The position numbers and the translations under genes were made by a program. Below, piece after piece: positions 1 to 8,989 of a stretch of 32,000 nucleotides of DNA (position 1 is its first letter; every line of letters starts with the position of its first letter). The DNA comes from Thermococcus kodakarensis KOD1 (GTDB lineage: Archaea > Methanobacteriota_B > Thermococci > Thermococcales > Thermococcaceae), in assembly GCF_000009965.1 (NCBI RefSeq), contig NC_006624.1, forward strand, positions 480,001 to 512,000, given 5' to 3'. The notes beneath the pieces are model-generated. The model ran no database searches and was not told where the DNA came from. It saw only the letters and a program-made list of their open reading frames with translations.

Positions 1-169
1 GGATGTCGCGGTCGGTTATTATTCCAACTATCTCCTCGTTCTCATCAACGACCACAGCACTGCCCACCTTGTTGCGGGCCAGTATTCTAGCGACCTTGTG
101 TATGGTATCGTCCGGCCTAACGAGCACTGCCTTCCTCTTGACAACCTGTCCTACGGTAATCTCTGCCAT
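1..169 (-). CDS. CBS-domain protein, N-terminal part only (gene continues beyond the left edge)
   Basis: Reverse-strand ATG at 167-169 with a GAGGTGG RBS at 174-180. Translation MAEITVGQVVKRKAVLVRPDDTIHKVARILARNKVGSAVVVDENEEIVGIITDRDI is a typical CBS-domain start. It is absent from the ORF track because it is truncated. Confidence 0.6.
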   Translation of the reverse strand, partial: MAEITVGQVVKRKAVLVRPDDTIHKVARILARNKVGSAVVVDENEEIVGIITDRDI

Positions 170-204
170 GTTACCACCTCTCAAGCGGAAATCCTCACGG
201 TATC

Positions 205-762
205 TTAAAAACGTTTCCGGAAACGATACTCTAAAACACCAAATACAAGAATAAACGTTAAGATTGCAATAATAACGGCAATCCAGTCGAGGGAGCTTTT
301 GGAAGCTTCCTTGGCAGTTTTAACGGTTAGAGTCCTAACGGTTTCGGACTGTTCTTCGCTCCCTCCCATCAAAAGCTTAACCGCAAAGTACATCCCAGTA
401 GAAGCCACGGCACTCACAGCGAGGTTTATGACGCGAAGCTTTTCCCACGTCCTATGCTTCTTCTTACCTCCCGGAAGAATCAGTATCGGCTTGCTTGAAG
501 CCCTGTACAGCTTTACCTCCTGGAGGCGCTTTCCGTACTTCTTTCCAGCGACTTCCACGAGCCCGACTTTGAGCATGCGGTCTATGTGGTATGAGACTGT
601 CGATATAGGAATCCCAAGCTCCCGAGAAATCTCGCTTATTGAACGGGGTCTCTCCTCTATTAACTTGAGTATCGAGAGTGCCTTCTCGTTTGAAAGTATC
701 TGGGCAAGCTCCTTAGCGCGCTCGTCGTGAATGTCGATGACCTCGTAATCCAAAAGGTCCAC
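205..762 (-). CDS. ArsR-family winged-helix transcriptional regulator with C-terminal transmembrane segments
   Basis: 185-aa ORF. The N-terminal part (ALSILKLIEERPRSISEISRELGIPISTVSYHIDRMLKVGLVE) fits the ArsR/SmtB wHTH pattern. The C-terminus has two hydrophobic stretches (LAVSAVASTGMYFAVKLL and WIAVIIAILTFILVFGVL). Confidence 0.7.
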   Translation of the reverse strand: MDLLDYEVIDIHDERAKELAQILSNEKALSILKLIEERPRSISEISRELGIPISTVSYHIDRMLKVGLVEVAGKKYGKRLQEVKLYRASSKPILILPGGKKKHRTWEKLRVINLAVSAVASTGMYFAVKLLMGGSEEQSETVRTLTVKTAKEASKSSLDWIAVIIAILTFILVFGVLEYRFRKRF

Positions 763-849
763 CGTGGAGAATCCGAAGGGAAGGTTATAAGAATTTCCAG
801 AGCTTCAAGAAAAACTGAAGCGTTTGAAGGAAAAGGAAAGGAATCAAAT

Positions 850-1125
850 TCACGGCTTCTCAAGGATGATCTCGATGGTTGAGGTGTTGGCAGTCCTGCC
901 GTCGGCAGTCGGGAGCTCCTCGGTACCGATCTTGATCTCCTTAACCCTGACCTCTGGGAGGAACCTGTTCCTGACGATCTCGGCGACGTCAACGGCCCTG
1001 CTGATAGCCCTACCGCGAGCCCTGATGCTGACCTCCTTGGCGCCCTCGTTGAACTGGGTTATCACAGCGAGGACGTAGTTCATAACCGGCTTCTTTCCAA
1101 TGTAGACGACGTGCTCCTCAGCCAT
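850..1125 (-). CDS. albA: DNA/RNA-binding chromatin protein Alba
   Basis: Sequence [56 protein letters not shown]... is canonical Alba (Sac10b family). I place the start at ATG 1125 (GGAGGTG RBS 6 nt upstream) rather than the track's GTG at 1134. Confidence 0.9.
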   Translation of the reverse strand: MAEEHVVYIGKKPVMNYVLAVITQFNEGAKEVSIRARGRAISRAVDVAEIVRNRFLPEVRVKEIKIGTEELPTADGRTANTSTIEIILEKP

Positions 1126-1321
1126 TTCTGGCACCTCCGGAAGTTTTGTCGTTAGGCTATCGCCGAGATGGGGTTAAATACTTTTCGGTCGTCTTCACCA
1201 AGCGGGAAACAAATTTGACACCTCCAAGGGGCTTTGCGAGCTTCACGAGATTAAGTTCTTACAAAATTATGGCAACATAAACATTTTAAGGCGCAAAAAT
1301 TGACTTAAACGTGGTGATAAA

Positions 1322-2686
1322 ATGGCCGTTCACCCGATTGACTACCGCTACGGGAGCGAGGAGATGAGGAGAATCTGGGACGAGGAGAACAAGTTGCAGA
1401 AGCTCCTCGACGTTGAAGCGGCGCTTGCAAGGGCGCACGCAAAGGTCGGCAACATTCCGGAAGAGAGCGCGCGCGTAATATCCGAGAGAGCGAACACGAA
1501 GTGGGTGAAGCTTGAAAGGGTTAAAGAGATTGAAGCGGAGATACACCACGACATAATGGCAGTTGTCAAGGCGTTAAGCGAGGTGTGCGGCGAGCACGGG
1601 AAGTACGTTCACCTTGGAGCGACTTCAAACGATATAATAGACACCGCAAACGCGCTCCTCATAAAGGAAAGCCTCGCGATAGTTGAGAGGGATCTGAAAG
1701 AGCTCCGCTCCGTTCTCAAGCGTCTCGCGATGGAGCACAAGTACACCGTTTGCATCGGAAGAACTCACGGTCAGCACGCGGTACCCACAACCTACGGCAT
1801 GAAGTTCGCGATATGGCTGGACGAGGTACAGAGGCATATAGACAGGATCAACCAGCTCAAGGAGAGAGTTCTCGTTGGTCAGATGAGCGGCGCGGTTGGA
1901 ACAATGGCCAGCTTCGGGGAGAGAGGCCTTGAAATACAGAGGTTAGTCATGGAAGGCCTCGGCCTCAAGCCCGCTAGAATAACCAACCAGATAATCCAGA
2001 GGGACGTTTATGCAGAACTCATGATGGTTCTCGCCTTAATAGCCTCAACCCTCGACAAGATAGCCCTAGAAATCAGAAACCTCCAGCGGACGGAAATACT
2101 TGAGGTAAGCGAGCCCTTTGGGAAGAAGCAGGTGGGCTCGTCAACCATGCCGCACAAGAGGAACCCGATAAGGAGCGAGAAGGTGAGCGGTTTAGCCAGG
2201 GTTCTCTACTCAAACGTGATTCCCGCGTTGTTGAACAATCCTCTCTGGCATGAGAGAGACCTCACGAACTCCTCTGTCGAGCGCGTCATCCTCCCGGAGA
2301 GCTTCGTTCTCCTCGACGAGATGCTGAAGACTACGATAAAGGTGCTTTCGGGCCTTGAGTTCTTCCCCGAGAACATTAAGAGAAACCTTTACCTTACCAA
2401 CAACCTCATAATGGCCGAGCCGCTGATGTTGAAGCTGACGGAGAAGGGTATGGGGAGACAGGAGGCCCACGAACTCGTTAGGCAGCTGGCCATGAAGGCG
2501 TTCCACGAAAAGAGAGACCTTCTTGAGGTCGTTAGGGAGAGCGAAGAGGCCATGAAGTACCTTACAGAGGAAGACCTTGAGTCCCTTAAGCCGGAGAACT
2601 ACATCGGGCTTGCACCACAGATTGTGGACAATGTAATAGCGTTTATAGGGGAAAAAGAGAGGGAAGAAGCTTTTATGGGTCGCTAA
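1322..2686 (+). CDS. purB: Adenylosuccinate lyase
   Basis: 454-aa ORF with a GGTGAT RBS. It carries fumarate-lyase superfamily signatures (GATSNDIIDTA, GRTHGQHAVPTT, and the signature loop GSSTMPHKRNP). Length and N-terminus (YRYGSEEM) are typical of archaeal PurB. Confidence 0.9.
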   Translation: MAVHPIDYRYGSEEMRRIWDEENKLQKLLDVEAALARAHAKVGNIPEESARVISERANTKWVKLERVKEIEAEIHHDIMAVVKALSEVCGEHGKYVHLGATSNDIIDTANALLIKESLAIVERDLKELRSVLKRLAMEHKYTVCIGRTHGQHAVPTTYGMKFAIWLDEVQRHIDRINQLKERVLVGQMSGAVGTMASFGERGLEIQRLVMEGLGLKPARITNQIIQRDVYAELMMVLALIASTLDKIALEIRNLQRTEILEVSEPFGKKQVGSSTMPHKRNPIRSEKVSGLARVLYSNVIPALLNNPLWHERDLTNSSVERVILPESFVLLDEMLKTTIKVLSGLEFFPENIKRNLYLTNNLIMAEPLMLKLTEKGMGRQEAHELVRQLAMKAFHEKRDLLEVVRESEEAMKYLTEEDLESLKPENYIGLAPQIVDNVIAFIGEKEREEAFMGR

Positions 2687-2750
2687 ATTCTTTTTTGAGC
2701 CTTTTAATACCTTTTTCTTTGCATGTTCTCTTATGATCATCGTCTCAATG

Positions 2751-2780
2751 TATCTCTCGGATTTTTAGGTGAATTGTTAC
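2751..2780. repeat. Left terminal inverted repeat of the 2751-4459 segment
   Basis: TATCTCTCGGATTTTTAGGTGAATTGTTAC matches the reverse complement of 4430-4459 at 27/30 positions. All three mismatches are G/A transitions. Confidence 0.75.
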
Positions 2781-3155
2781 GTTTTATACTCTTAAATCTA
2801 GAAATTTGTTTGCGTTTAATTTCATTTATTTAAATAAGACGCTTATATATTTCTATTTAACTTTTTATTTTAGCTAATATTAAAGTTTATCCAATATGCT
2901 TAGAAAATTTGAAGTTTTTTAGAAACTATTACCAATAGTAAAAAATGACAAATTAGTACTACTTCCTGGCGTTAAATAGACAAAGACGAACATTTAATTC
3001 CTAGAAATGGTCGAATGTCAAGAATGCTAATTATTCACTTGAGAAGCCCGCTATCACAAGACCAGTTTTTCATTACGATGAAAGATATTATCGACCGATG
3101 AGATTAGCAAGATTCTAATCTAAAAGACCTTCACTATCATGTTGATCGACCCCTT

Positions 3156-3500
3156 TTGAAATACCGACAACCCAAAAGTAGTCATTTCCAATGCTTCTAT
3201 GAGAGATATTGTCTCACTCCAAAATCTTATTTGAGAGTGCCCTGCCTCTGGAGACAAGCGAGAAAGCTGGATGTGATTCAAGCGATAAAAACTCCGTTTC
3301 TTATAAGATTAAGCGGGAGAGTCTTTGAGAATATCCTCTGGGATGATGTTAAACACGTTGCCGTTAATGATTCCATGTGGTCACTTTTAGGGCAGGTAGT
3401 TTACTTGGCTTCACATTATTTGAATAAGCACCCCACAATAACGAGACCAGCGATGAAGGTCGGCTTATTGGAGAAACTGGTTCCCATAAGAAGTTCCTGA
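3156..3500 (+). CDS. Doubtful hypothetical ORF (114 aa) inside the TIR-bounded segment
   Basis: It is the only ORF of at least 60 aa in the 1.7-kb segment. It has a TTG start, no obvious RBS, a Cys/Trp/His-rich low-plausibility sequence and no recognisable motif. Confidence 0.2.
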   Translation: MKYRQPKSSHFQCFYERYCLTPKSYLRVPCLWRQARKLDVIQAIKTPFLIRLSGRVFENILWDDVKHVAVNDSMWSLLGQVVYLASHYLNKHPTITRPAMKVGLLEKLVPIRSS

Positions 3501-4429
3501 TGAATAAATCCTGCCACGGGTTAAGTAGAACACTGTGCTAGCTACCAGCTGAAGCTATATATGTCTTGCTCTTTTGGTTAACTATGATGTAAGTGCCCAT
3601 TTTTGTACTGCAGTTTTTGATATAATGTACCTTATATGACAAACTAATGAACAATAGCGAGCATAGAAAAGAGAAAAATTGGGGGATTATGCTTACATCT
3701 TGGTGGGGAATAAAGAGGGGCCCAACTCTCTACTTGTGGTGCATGTCTAACGCTCCTATGCCAGACCGGGATTAGTCCAGAGCTATTGCCTGTTGCCCCC
3801 CCTGTTCTATTTTTCGCAGACTCGTATTTGCGTCGTTCGAGAGCCCGCTCTTTTTTGGCCTTCTGGAAAAGGTAGTATACTCTTCGTGGTTTATGAGGAT
3901 ATATCCGGCCTATAGAAACCCTTAAGCTTACTTCTCATATCTTGGAAAGGGCCTAGGCAGGTACTTTTTGTGAATTCCTGGCTTTCGAGTAGTTTGTGAG
4001 TAGGCCTTCTCCACTGGGAGGGGTAGTATAGGTGACTGTGGGCTCAGCTTCTATCTCTTTCCAGCTTCCTCTTCACGTTGATCCATAACCACCTTTAATT
4101 GTAACTGGAATTTGGTTGTGTGATAGCTGGCTTATTTATGCAACTTTCCCTGTTTTGAGTGCATGTTTTGAGCGGACCTGCTAATTCATTCATTGCTCCT
4201 TGTCGCTGGTAGCTCAGCCTTTTCTGCTGGCCCTCTATTGACTATAGTTTTGCCCCTTTAACAACTTGGTATTGTAAAAACTTGTGATTTTATACACAAT
4301 TAAAACGTAATTTTATTACCCATTTTATTTAAAACATATTCAAATTTCTTTGTTTTGTATTTATATCACGAGCTTTTTATATAAATTTTATGAAATTGAT
4401 ATTTATCAGTTTATTTACGCTATATTAAA

Positions 4430-4459
4430 GTAACAACTCACCCAAAAATCTGAGAGATA
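4430..4459. repeat. Right terminal inverted repeat of the 2751-4459 segment
   Basis: GTAACAACTCACCCAAAAATCTGAGAGATA is the reverse complement of 2751-2780 at 27/30 positions. Confidence 0.75.
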
Positions 4460-4575
4460 ACTCTGCAGGGAAATTTTAGGCTGCCCTAACAAAATTCAAA
4501 AGGGCTTTAGATGCCGAGAACACCTAAGAAAAGACACAAGATGCCAAATCTGGCGAATAAAAACTTGTTAAGGCT

Positions 4576-4917
4576 TCACTCGTCTGCTCCCCTTGGAACC
4601 TCATTTCCCCCGGGGAGAATTATAAGCTCCCTGCCCTCGACGAGCATCTGTGCAACCTTTTTCCTTGCAGAGGTCAACGCCCTCCATACTGTGCCCCTTG
4701 AGACACCCATCCTCTGACCGGCCTCTTCCTGAGTTAAGCCTTCATAATCTACAAGTCTTAGTGCCTCGAACTCCTCATAAGTCATGAAAATCGGGGGTTT
4801 TGGTTGAAACACTGGTGGCTGGGCAGGATAGAAATGCCTGACCTGTGGAATAAACCCTATCATCCTCATCTTTCGTCTTCTTCCCCTTCCTCTGCCCCAG
4901 CCCATACCCCTCGGCAT
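4576..4917 (-). CDS. DUF134 (UPF0251) family predicted DNA-binding protein
   Basis: 113 aa with an Arg/Gly-rich N-terminus (MPRGMGWGRGRGRRRK). This is followed by a sigma-70 region-4-like HTH (EEFEALRLVDYEGLTQEEAGQRMGVSRGTVWRALTSARKKVA), as in DUF134 proteins. Confidence 0.75.
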   Translation of the reverse strand: MPRGMGWGRGRGRRRKMRMIGFIPQVRHFYPAQPPVFQPKPPIFMTYEEFEALRLVDYEGLTQEEAGQRMGVSRGTVWRALTSARKKVAQMLVEGRELIILPGGNEVPRGADE

Positions 4918-4987
4918 TCCAACACCTTCCCAGCTTTGGCCAGCAAGGGTTATAACTTTATTGCCTCCTTTAGCTTACGGTGAGAAA

Positions 4988-5452
4988 ATGAGTGGAAACT
5001 TCAGGGTAGTTGAGAGAAAGATAAGCTGGAACAAGGACTTCGACAGCTCCCACTTCCTTGCACTGCCGTACGAGAGCAAGTGCCTCAGGATTCACGGCCA
5101 CACTTACCACGTTGATGTGGAGATATGGGGCGAGCTAAATGAGAGCGGCATGATATTTGACTTCAACCACCTGAGCAACCTTGTCAAGCTCCTCGACCAC
5201 CGAATCCTCGTAAGCGAAAACTGGGTAAAAGAGCGCAGAGATGGAGCTGTCATAATTGAGAAGAACGACAAGCGGCTTGAACTGCCCGAAAGCGAGGCGG
5301 TAATCCTCAACAAGCCCAACGTGACGGCCGAGTACATCGCCGAATGGTTCGCAGAGAGGGTTGCGGAAAAGGCAGGGGACAACGTGAGGAAGATAAGGGT
5401 AAGAATATGGGAGGACCCAAGAAGCTATGCTGAGGTAACCCTCGAACGTTAA
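4988..5452 (+). CDS. queD: 6-carboxy-5,6,7,8-tetrahydropterin synthase / 6-pyruvoyl-tetrahydropterin synthase family
   Basis: It has the Cys-x3-His-Gly-His motif (CLRIHGHTYHVDV), then MIFDFNHL and a C-terminal WEDP-type end, matching the QueD/PTPS fold. I place the start at ATG 4988 (GGTGAG RBS) rather than the track's TTG at 4961. Confidence 0.8.
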   Translation: MSGNFRVVERKISWNKDFDSSHFLALPYESKCLRIHGHTYHVDVEIWGELNESGMIFDFNHLSNLVKLLDHRILVSENWVKERRDGAVIIEKNDKRLELPESEAVILNKPNVTAEYIAEWFAERVAEKAGDNVRKIRVRIWEDPRSYAEVTLER

Positions 5453-6015
5453 CAGCCCTTTCCTTTTTCCACCATTGCGACATCTGTTCCGCATTTTTCT
5501 CTCAGTTCATCAAGTATTCCATTGGCCGCTTTGAACAGTTCATCGTAGTACTCATCGTTGAACTTCTCCATGGCCTCCCTGGCCAGCTTTGCTATGACAA
5601 CTGCGTAGGCTCCAGTGGTCTCGCAGTCCTCGTTCTCCACGATCATCGGCATCATGCTCACTAGGTAGCCAACGAATGACGCCAGGAGCTTTTCCCAGTC
5701 CCTTTCAAAGCCGTTTTCGTTGAGCCATCCCTTCAGGGTTATGAAGACCTTGACCACCGGCTTGACAACCGCGTACTCGTTGAAGCGGCGGTAGCGGATG
5801 AGGAGGTACTGAAGGAGCGACACCAGAAAGCTCCTGACGACCTCCTTTCCAAGCCCATTTTCCTCAACGAACTTCTGGAATTCGACTAAGCCTTCCCTTC
5901 CAGATTTCTCAAAGGCGTCTATAACTCCGGGATAAGGCGGGTTGAACTGAGAGAAGTCAACATCTCTCATCCCCTCGATCTGCGGCAGGATTTTCATGAC
6001 GGTTTCAGCTTTCAT
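5449..6015 (-). CDS. Hypothetical protein (188 aa)
   Basis: Clean ORF with a 4-nt overlap with the end of the convergent queD gene. Composition looks coding. No motif recognised. Confidence 0.5.
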   Translation of the reverse strand: MKAETVMKILPQIEGMRDVDFSQFNPPYPGVIDAFEKSGREGLVEFQKFVEENGLGKEVVRSFLVSLLQYLLIRYRRFNEYAVVKPVVKVFITLKGWLNENGFERDWEKLLASFVGYLVSMMPMIVENEDCETTGAYAVVIAKLAREAMEKFNDEYYDELFKAANGILDELREKCGTDVAMVEKGKGC

Positions 6016-6071
6016 TTCCTTACACCCAAAGCGTTAAAGCTTCCTAGGTTTATTAGGGTTGAGGTGAGAGC

Positions 6072-6491
6072 ATGGAATTTAAAGCTGGACGGACCTTCCT
6101 CTTCAGGGTTCCCGCGGGGGAAGACCTTCTGGAGGCCATAAACCGCTCTGCTGAGAGTAGGGGCATTAAGACCGGAGTCGTCATGGGTATTGGCTCCCTA
6201 AGGAATCCTGTGGTGGGATACTACTCTGAGGAAGAGAAGAGGTACAGGAGCATCGAGCTCAGCGGAACTTTTGAGCTCCTCTCCTTGAACGGCAACATAA
6301 GCCTTAAAGATGGAAAGCCCTTTGCACACCTTCACGTGACCCTCGGCGATGAAGAGGGGAGAGTTTTTGGCGGCCATCTTATCAGAGGAGAAGTCTTCGT
6401 TGCTGAAGTCTACATAGAGGAGCTAATTGGGAAACCACTTGAAAGAAAAGATATGGGAAACAACCTCTGGCTCTGGGAGACTGAGCGTTAG
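6072..6491 (+). CDS. PPC (DUF296) domain protein
   Basis: Pattern GTFELLSLNGNIS...PFAHLHVTLGDEEGRVFGGHLIRGEVFVAEVYIEEL matches the PPC/DUF296 core (FEILSLSG ... HLH ... GGHL ... EV). Confidence 0.72.
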   Translation: MEFKAGRTFLFRVPAGEDLLEAINRSAESRGIKTGVVMGIGSLRNPVVGYYSEEEKRYRSIELSGTFELLSLNGNISLKDGKPFAHLHVTLGDEEGRVFGGHLIRGEVFVAEVYIEELIGKPLERKDMGNNLWLWETER

Positions 6492-8986
6492 CGTATCATC
6501 CTCCCTTCTTCTATCTCCCTCTTCAGTATCTTCGCCCCCTCCTCGGTCTTTCTCACGCGGAAGACCCTCGCTATCCTCTCGATGGCTTCGAGCTTCCTAA
6601 CTATGCCGTCGAGCCACGTGAAGACGTCGCCCGGATAGACTATCAGCCCATAGACCTTCCTGAAGTGCTCCGCTATCTGGGTCGGGTGCTTTCCGCTCCT
6701 CCTGAGCTCAATTATCAGGTTGCTCACCCTCTCCATGGCATATTCGGTGCAGTCCTCCTCAGGGCACATGAAGAACTCCTGATAGATGGTGAACAGCCTC
6801 TCAGCGGCATTTGGGCTCAGCTCGGGGATAACCTTATCGAGTTCTTCAAGGATCGAGGCGAAGCTCGGTGAGAAAACGTTGGCGCTCAGTCTTCCTCTAA
6901 CTGCCCCCTCAAGCTCTCTCTGGAGAGTTCCGCTGAGGTAGATGTTCTCGAACGGAAGGAGCTTGACCGCTATCCACCTGGCTTCCCTCTTTCCAAGGTT
7001 TCCCCTGATGAAGGTTGCCTCCTTCGGCAGGAGGAAGCTCATGCTGACTGCCCTTCCGTAGGGGGTAACCTCAACGATCGGCCGCTTCATCTTCACGAAG
7101 TCGAACTCCTCGAGCTTTTCAAGGACTTTTTCTGCGCTCTGGTTCGCCCCTAAGCACATAGATTGGACTTCTTCGATGACGTCCAGTCTATTGAAGACGC
7201 AGGAGTGAGCTAAGACGTTGTCCTGCTCAAGCTCGTCACTCCACTCCACCTGGACTGGCTCGATGGGTGCAGTCAGAAGCTTGAAGGCGACCTCATCTTC
7301 AGTTCCTTCCATCTGGGCTGAATACTTCCTTCCGGGTTCGACGAGAAGGTAGACTTTACCCTTCTCGTGGTAGAGCGGCCTTCCGGCCCTTCCCAGCATC
7401 TGGTGGAACTCCCTAACGCTGAGCCACTTGTTGCCCATCGCGAGACTCTCAAAGATTACCTGGGAAGCGGGAAAGTCCACTCCTGCTCCGAGCGCCGCCG
7501 TCGTAACCACGACGTCGAGCCTTTGAGCCAAAAACTCCATTTCCGTGAGCTTCCTCTGCTTGTAGGGAAGGCCGGAATGGTAGGGCTTCGCCTTCAGCCC
7601 CTTGCTCGTCAGATAAGCGGCCAGCTCGTGCGTCCTCTTTCTGGAGAATGTAAAGACTATGCTCTGTCCCTTGTAGCCCTGCTTAGACTTTCTCATGGCC
7701 TCGGCCCTGCACAGGTTAGCTATGTGCCTCCACTTCTCGCTCTCGTTCCTCACTATGATTATGTGCCTCTCCAGGTCAACGGGCCTCTCGTCGTAGAGCA
7801 CTAGTTTTAATCCGAGCTCCTTAGCCAGCTCGTCCGGGTTGCCGACAGTTGCAGAGAGCCCTATGAACTGGGCCTTTGGATAGAGCTTCCTCAGCCTCGC
7901 TATAAGGCCGTCCAGCCTTGGTCCGCGTTCCTCGTCGTCGAGCGTGTGTATCTCATCTATCACTATGGTTCCGACGTTTCCTATCTTTCTCCCGGCGCGG
8001 AGGAGGTAGTCTATGCCTTCGTATGTTCCGACGATGATGTCAGCATCTATCCCCGTATCAACGACCACGAGCTCGTCCTTGGTCTTTATCCTGCTCATGC
8101 CAACTCTTATCGCCACCCTGAGGCCGAGCTTAGAGTAGCGCCTTTTGAAGTCCTCGTACTTCTGGTTGGCCAAAGCTACCAGCGGGACTAGAAAGAGGAG
8201 CTTTTTACCCTGCATGGCCTTCGGTACTCCCGCCAGTTCGCCTATTAGGGTCTTCCCGCTGGCCGTTGCGGAAACAACCAGGAGGTTCTCTCCATCGAGG
8301 AGACCGTTTTTGACGGCGAGGCTTTGGACCGGGAGGAGTTCTCTTACGCCCTCAGACTTCAGAACTTCCTTGAACTTCTCGGGGACTGGAAGCTCGTCCA
8401 CCTTGATCTTCTCGACTTTAACGTGCTTGGCCTTGAGCTCGTCCCACTTGGTTATCTCCGGGTGTTTAGTCGGGTCAAAGCGCGGGTCGAAGGCGTAGAG
8501 GACTTTATCAAGGTCGCGAAAACGTTCAAGAAGCTTTTTGGCCTGGTCAAACATGGCTATGCTTTTGAAGCGGAAGCGGAGCTCTCTCTTCAGCTCGTCC
8601 TCGGCACAGCGTTCGCAGATGTACTCGTTGTGGTACTTTATGCGGTTGCCCTCAGTCAGGACGGTTATCCTGCCCTCCAGCAAACAGAGGCGGCACAGCT
8701 CGGCTTTCTCGACTCGCTTGTTCTGGAGCCTCCTCTTGAAGTAGTCCTCCCACTCGTCGGCGTTGACGAGCACGATTCTGGATTGGCGGAGAAGCTTCTC
8801 TATCTCCTTCGGATTCCGGTACTGACTTCCCTCAAGTACTTTGAAAAGCCTCCCCTCTCTCATTATGAAGCGGTAAATCCGGTCAGCTTTAAGGTTCTGC
8901 ATTTGGGATAGCTTTTCGGGCTCGTTCTCGATGAAGAACGCCTCAAGCTCGTTCTTCTTCCTTCCCGGTCTCACGACGAAGAGCAT
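6488..8986 (-). CDS. Ski2-like SF2 helicase with N-terminal 4-Cys zinc motif (Eta / ASH-Ski2 family)
   Basis: 832 aa with an N-terminal CRLC...CERC four-cysteine cluster. SF2 motifs are present: I SATASGKT, II VIDEIH, III SAT (GLSATVGN), V TAALGAGVDFPA and VI QMLGRAGR. Architecture and size match my recollection of the euryarchaeal termination/RNA helicase Eta (ASH-Ski2). Confidence 0.8.
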   Translation of the reverse strand: MLFVVRPGRKKNELEAFFIENEPEKLSQMQNLKADRIYRFIMREGRLFKVLEGSQYRNPKEIEKLLRQSRIVLVNADEWEDYFKRRLQNKRVEKAELCRLCLLEGRITVLTEGNRIKYHNEYICERCAEDELKRELRFRFKSIAMFDQAKKLLERFRDLDKVLYAFDPRFDPTKHPEITKWDELKAKHVKVEKIKVDELPVPEKFKEVLKSEGVRELLPVQSLAVKNGLLDGENLLVVSATASGKTLIGELAGVPKAMQGKKLLFLVPLVALANQKYEDFKRRYSKLGLRVAIRVGMSRIKTKDELVVVDTGIDADIIVGTYEGIDYLLRAGRKIGNVGTIVIDEIHTLDDEERGPRLDGLIARLRKLYPKAQFIGLSATVGNPDELAKELGLKLVLYDERPVDLERHIIIVRNESEKWRHIANLCRAEAMRKSKQGYKGQSIVFTFSRKRTHELAAYLTSKGLKAKPYHSGLPYKQRKLTEMEFLAQRLDVVVTTAALGAGVDFPASQVIFESLAMGNKWLSVREFHQMLGRAGRPLYHEKGKVYLLVEPGRKYSAQMEGTEDEVAFKLLTAPIEPVQVEWSDELEQDNVLAHSCVFNRLDVIEEVQSMCLGANQSAEKVLEKLEEFDFVKMKRPIVEVTPYGRAVSMSFLLPKEATFIRGNLGKREARWIAVKLLPFENIYLSGTLQRELEGAVRGRLSANVFSPSFASILEELDKVIPELSPNAAERLFTIYQEFFMCPEEDCTEYAMERVSNLIIELRRSGKHPTQIAEHFRKVYGLIVYPGDVFTWLDGIVRKLEAIERIARVFRVRKTEEGAKILKREIEEGRMIR

Positions 8987-8989
8987 CTT

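Larger units (their letters stand above)
2751..4459. mobile_element. AT-rich, ORF-poor 1.7-kb segment bounded by 30-bp imperfect TIRs; candidate decayed or non-autonomous insertion element (alternatively an ncRNA locus)
   Basis: The segment sits between the convergent core genes purB (+, ends 2686) and the DUF134 gene (-, stop end 4576). It is visibly AT-rich relative to its flanks and has TIRs at both ends. The sub-terminal 100-150 bp are extremely AT-rich and share short motifs in inverted orientation (AGAAATTTG, TTTAAATAA). The only tracked ORF has a TTG start and an implausible composition, and other frames show short broken open stretches. I saw no clear target-site duplication. Confidence 0.35.

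Noticed and set aside
3497-3552. CTGATGA ... CTGA spaced about 50 nt apart, as in a C/D box sRNA.
   Set aside because: The C box lacks the preferred purine. No internal C'/D' boxes or terminal stem are evident, and such short motifs occur by chance in AT-rich DNA.
4205-4219. GCTGGTAGCTCAGCC resembles the 5' acceptor and D-arm of a tRNA.
   Set aside because: No anticodon arm, T-arm (GTTCGAAT-type) or complementary acceptor 3' strand follows, so it is not a tRNA or a recognisable tRNA fragment.
6665-8911. Multiple plus-strand ORFs (6665-6871, 7367-7804, 7946-8191, 8145-8498, 8324-8911, 8538-8744) antisense to the helicase gene. Similar shadow ORFs occur elsewhere, antisense to the ABC transporter, phosphoesterase and PCNA-region genes (for example 12379-13110, 18324-19028, 22329-22877).
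   Set aside because: These are typical antisense shadow ORFs of GC-rich coding regions. Their translations are Arg/Leu/Pro/Ser-rich with no motifs, and each is fully contained in a well-supported gene on the other strand.
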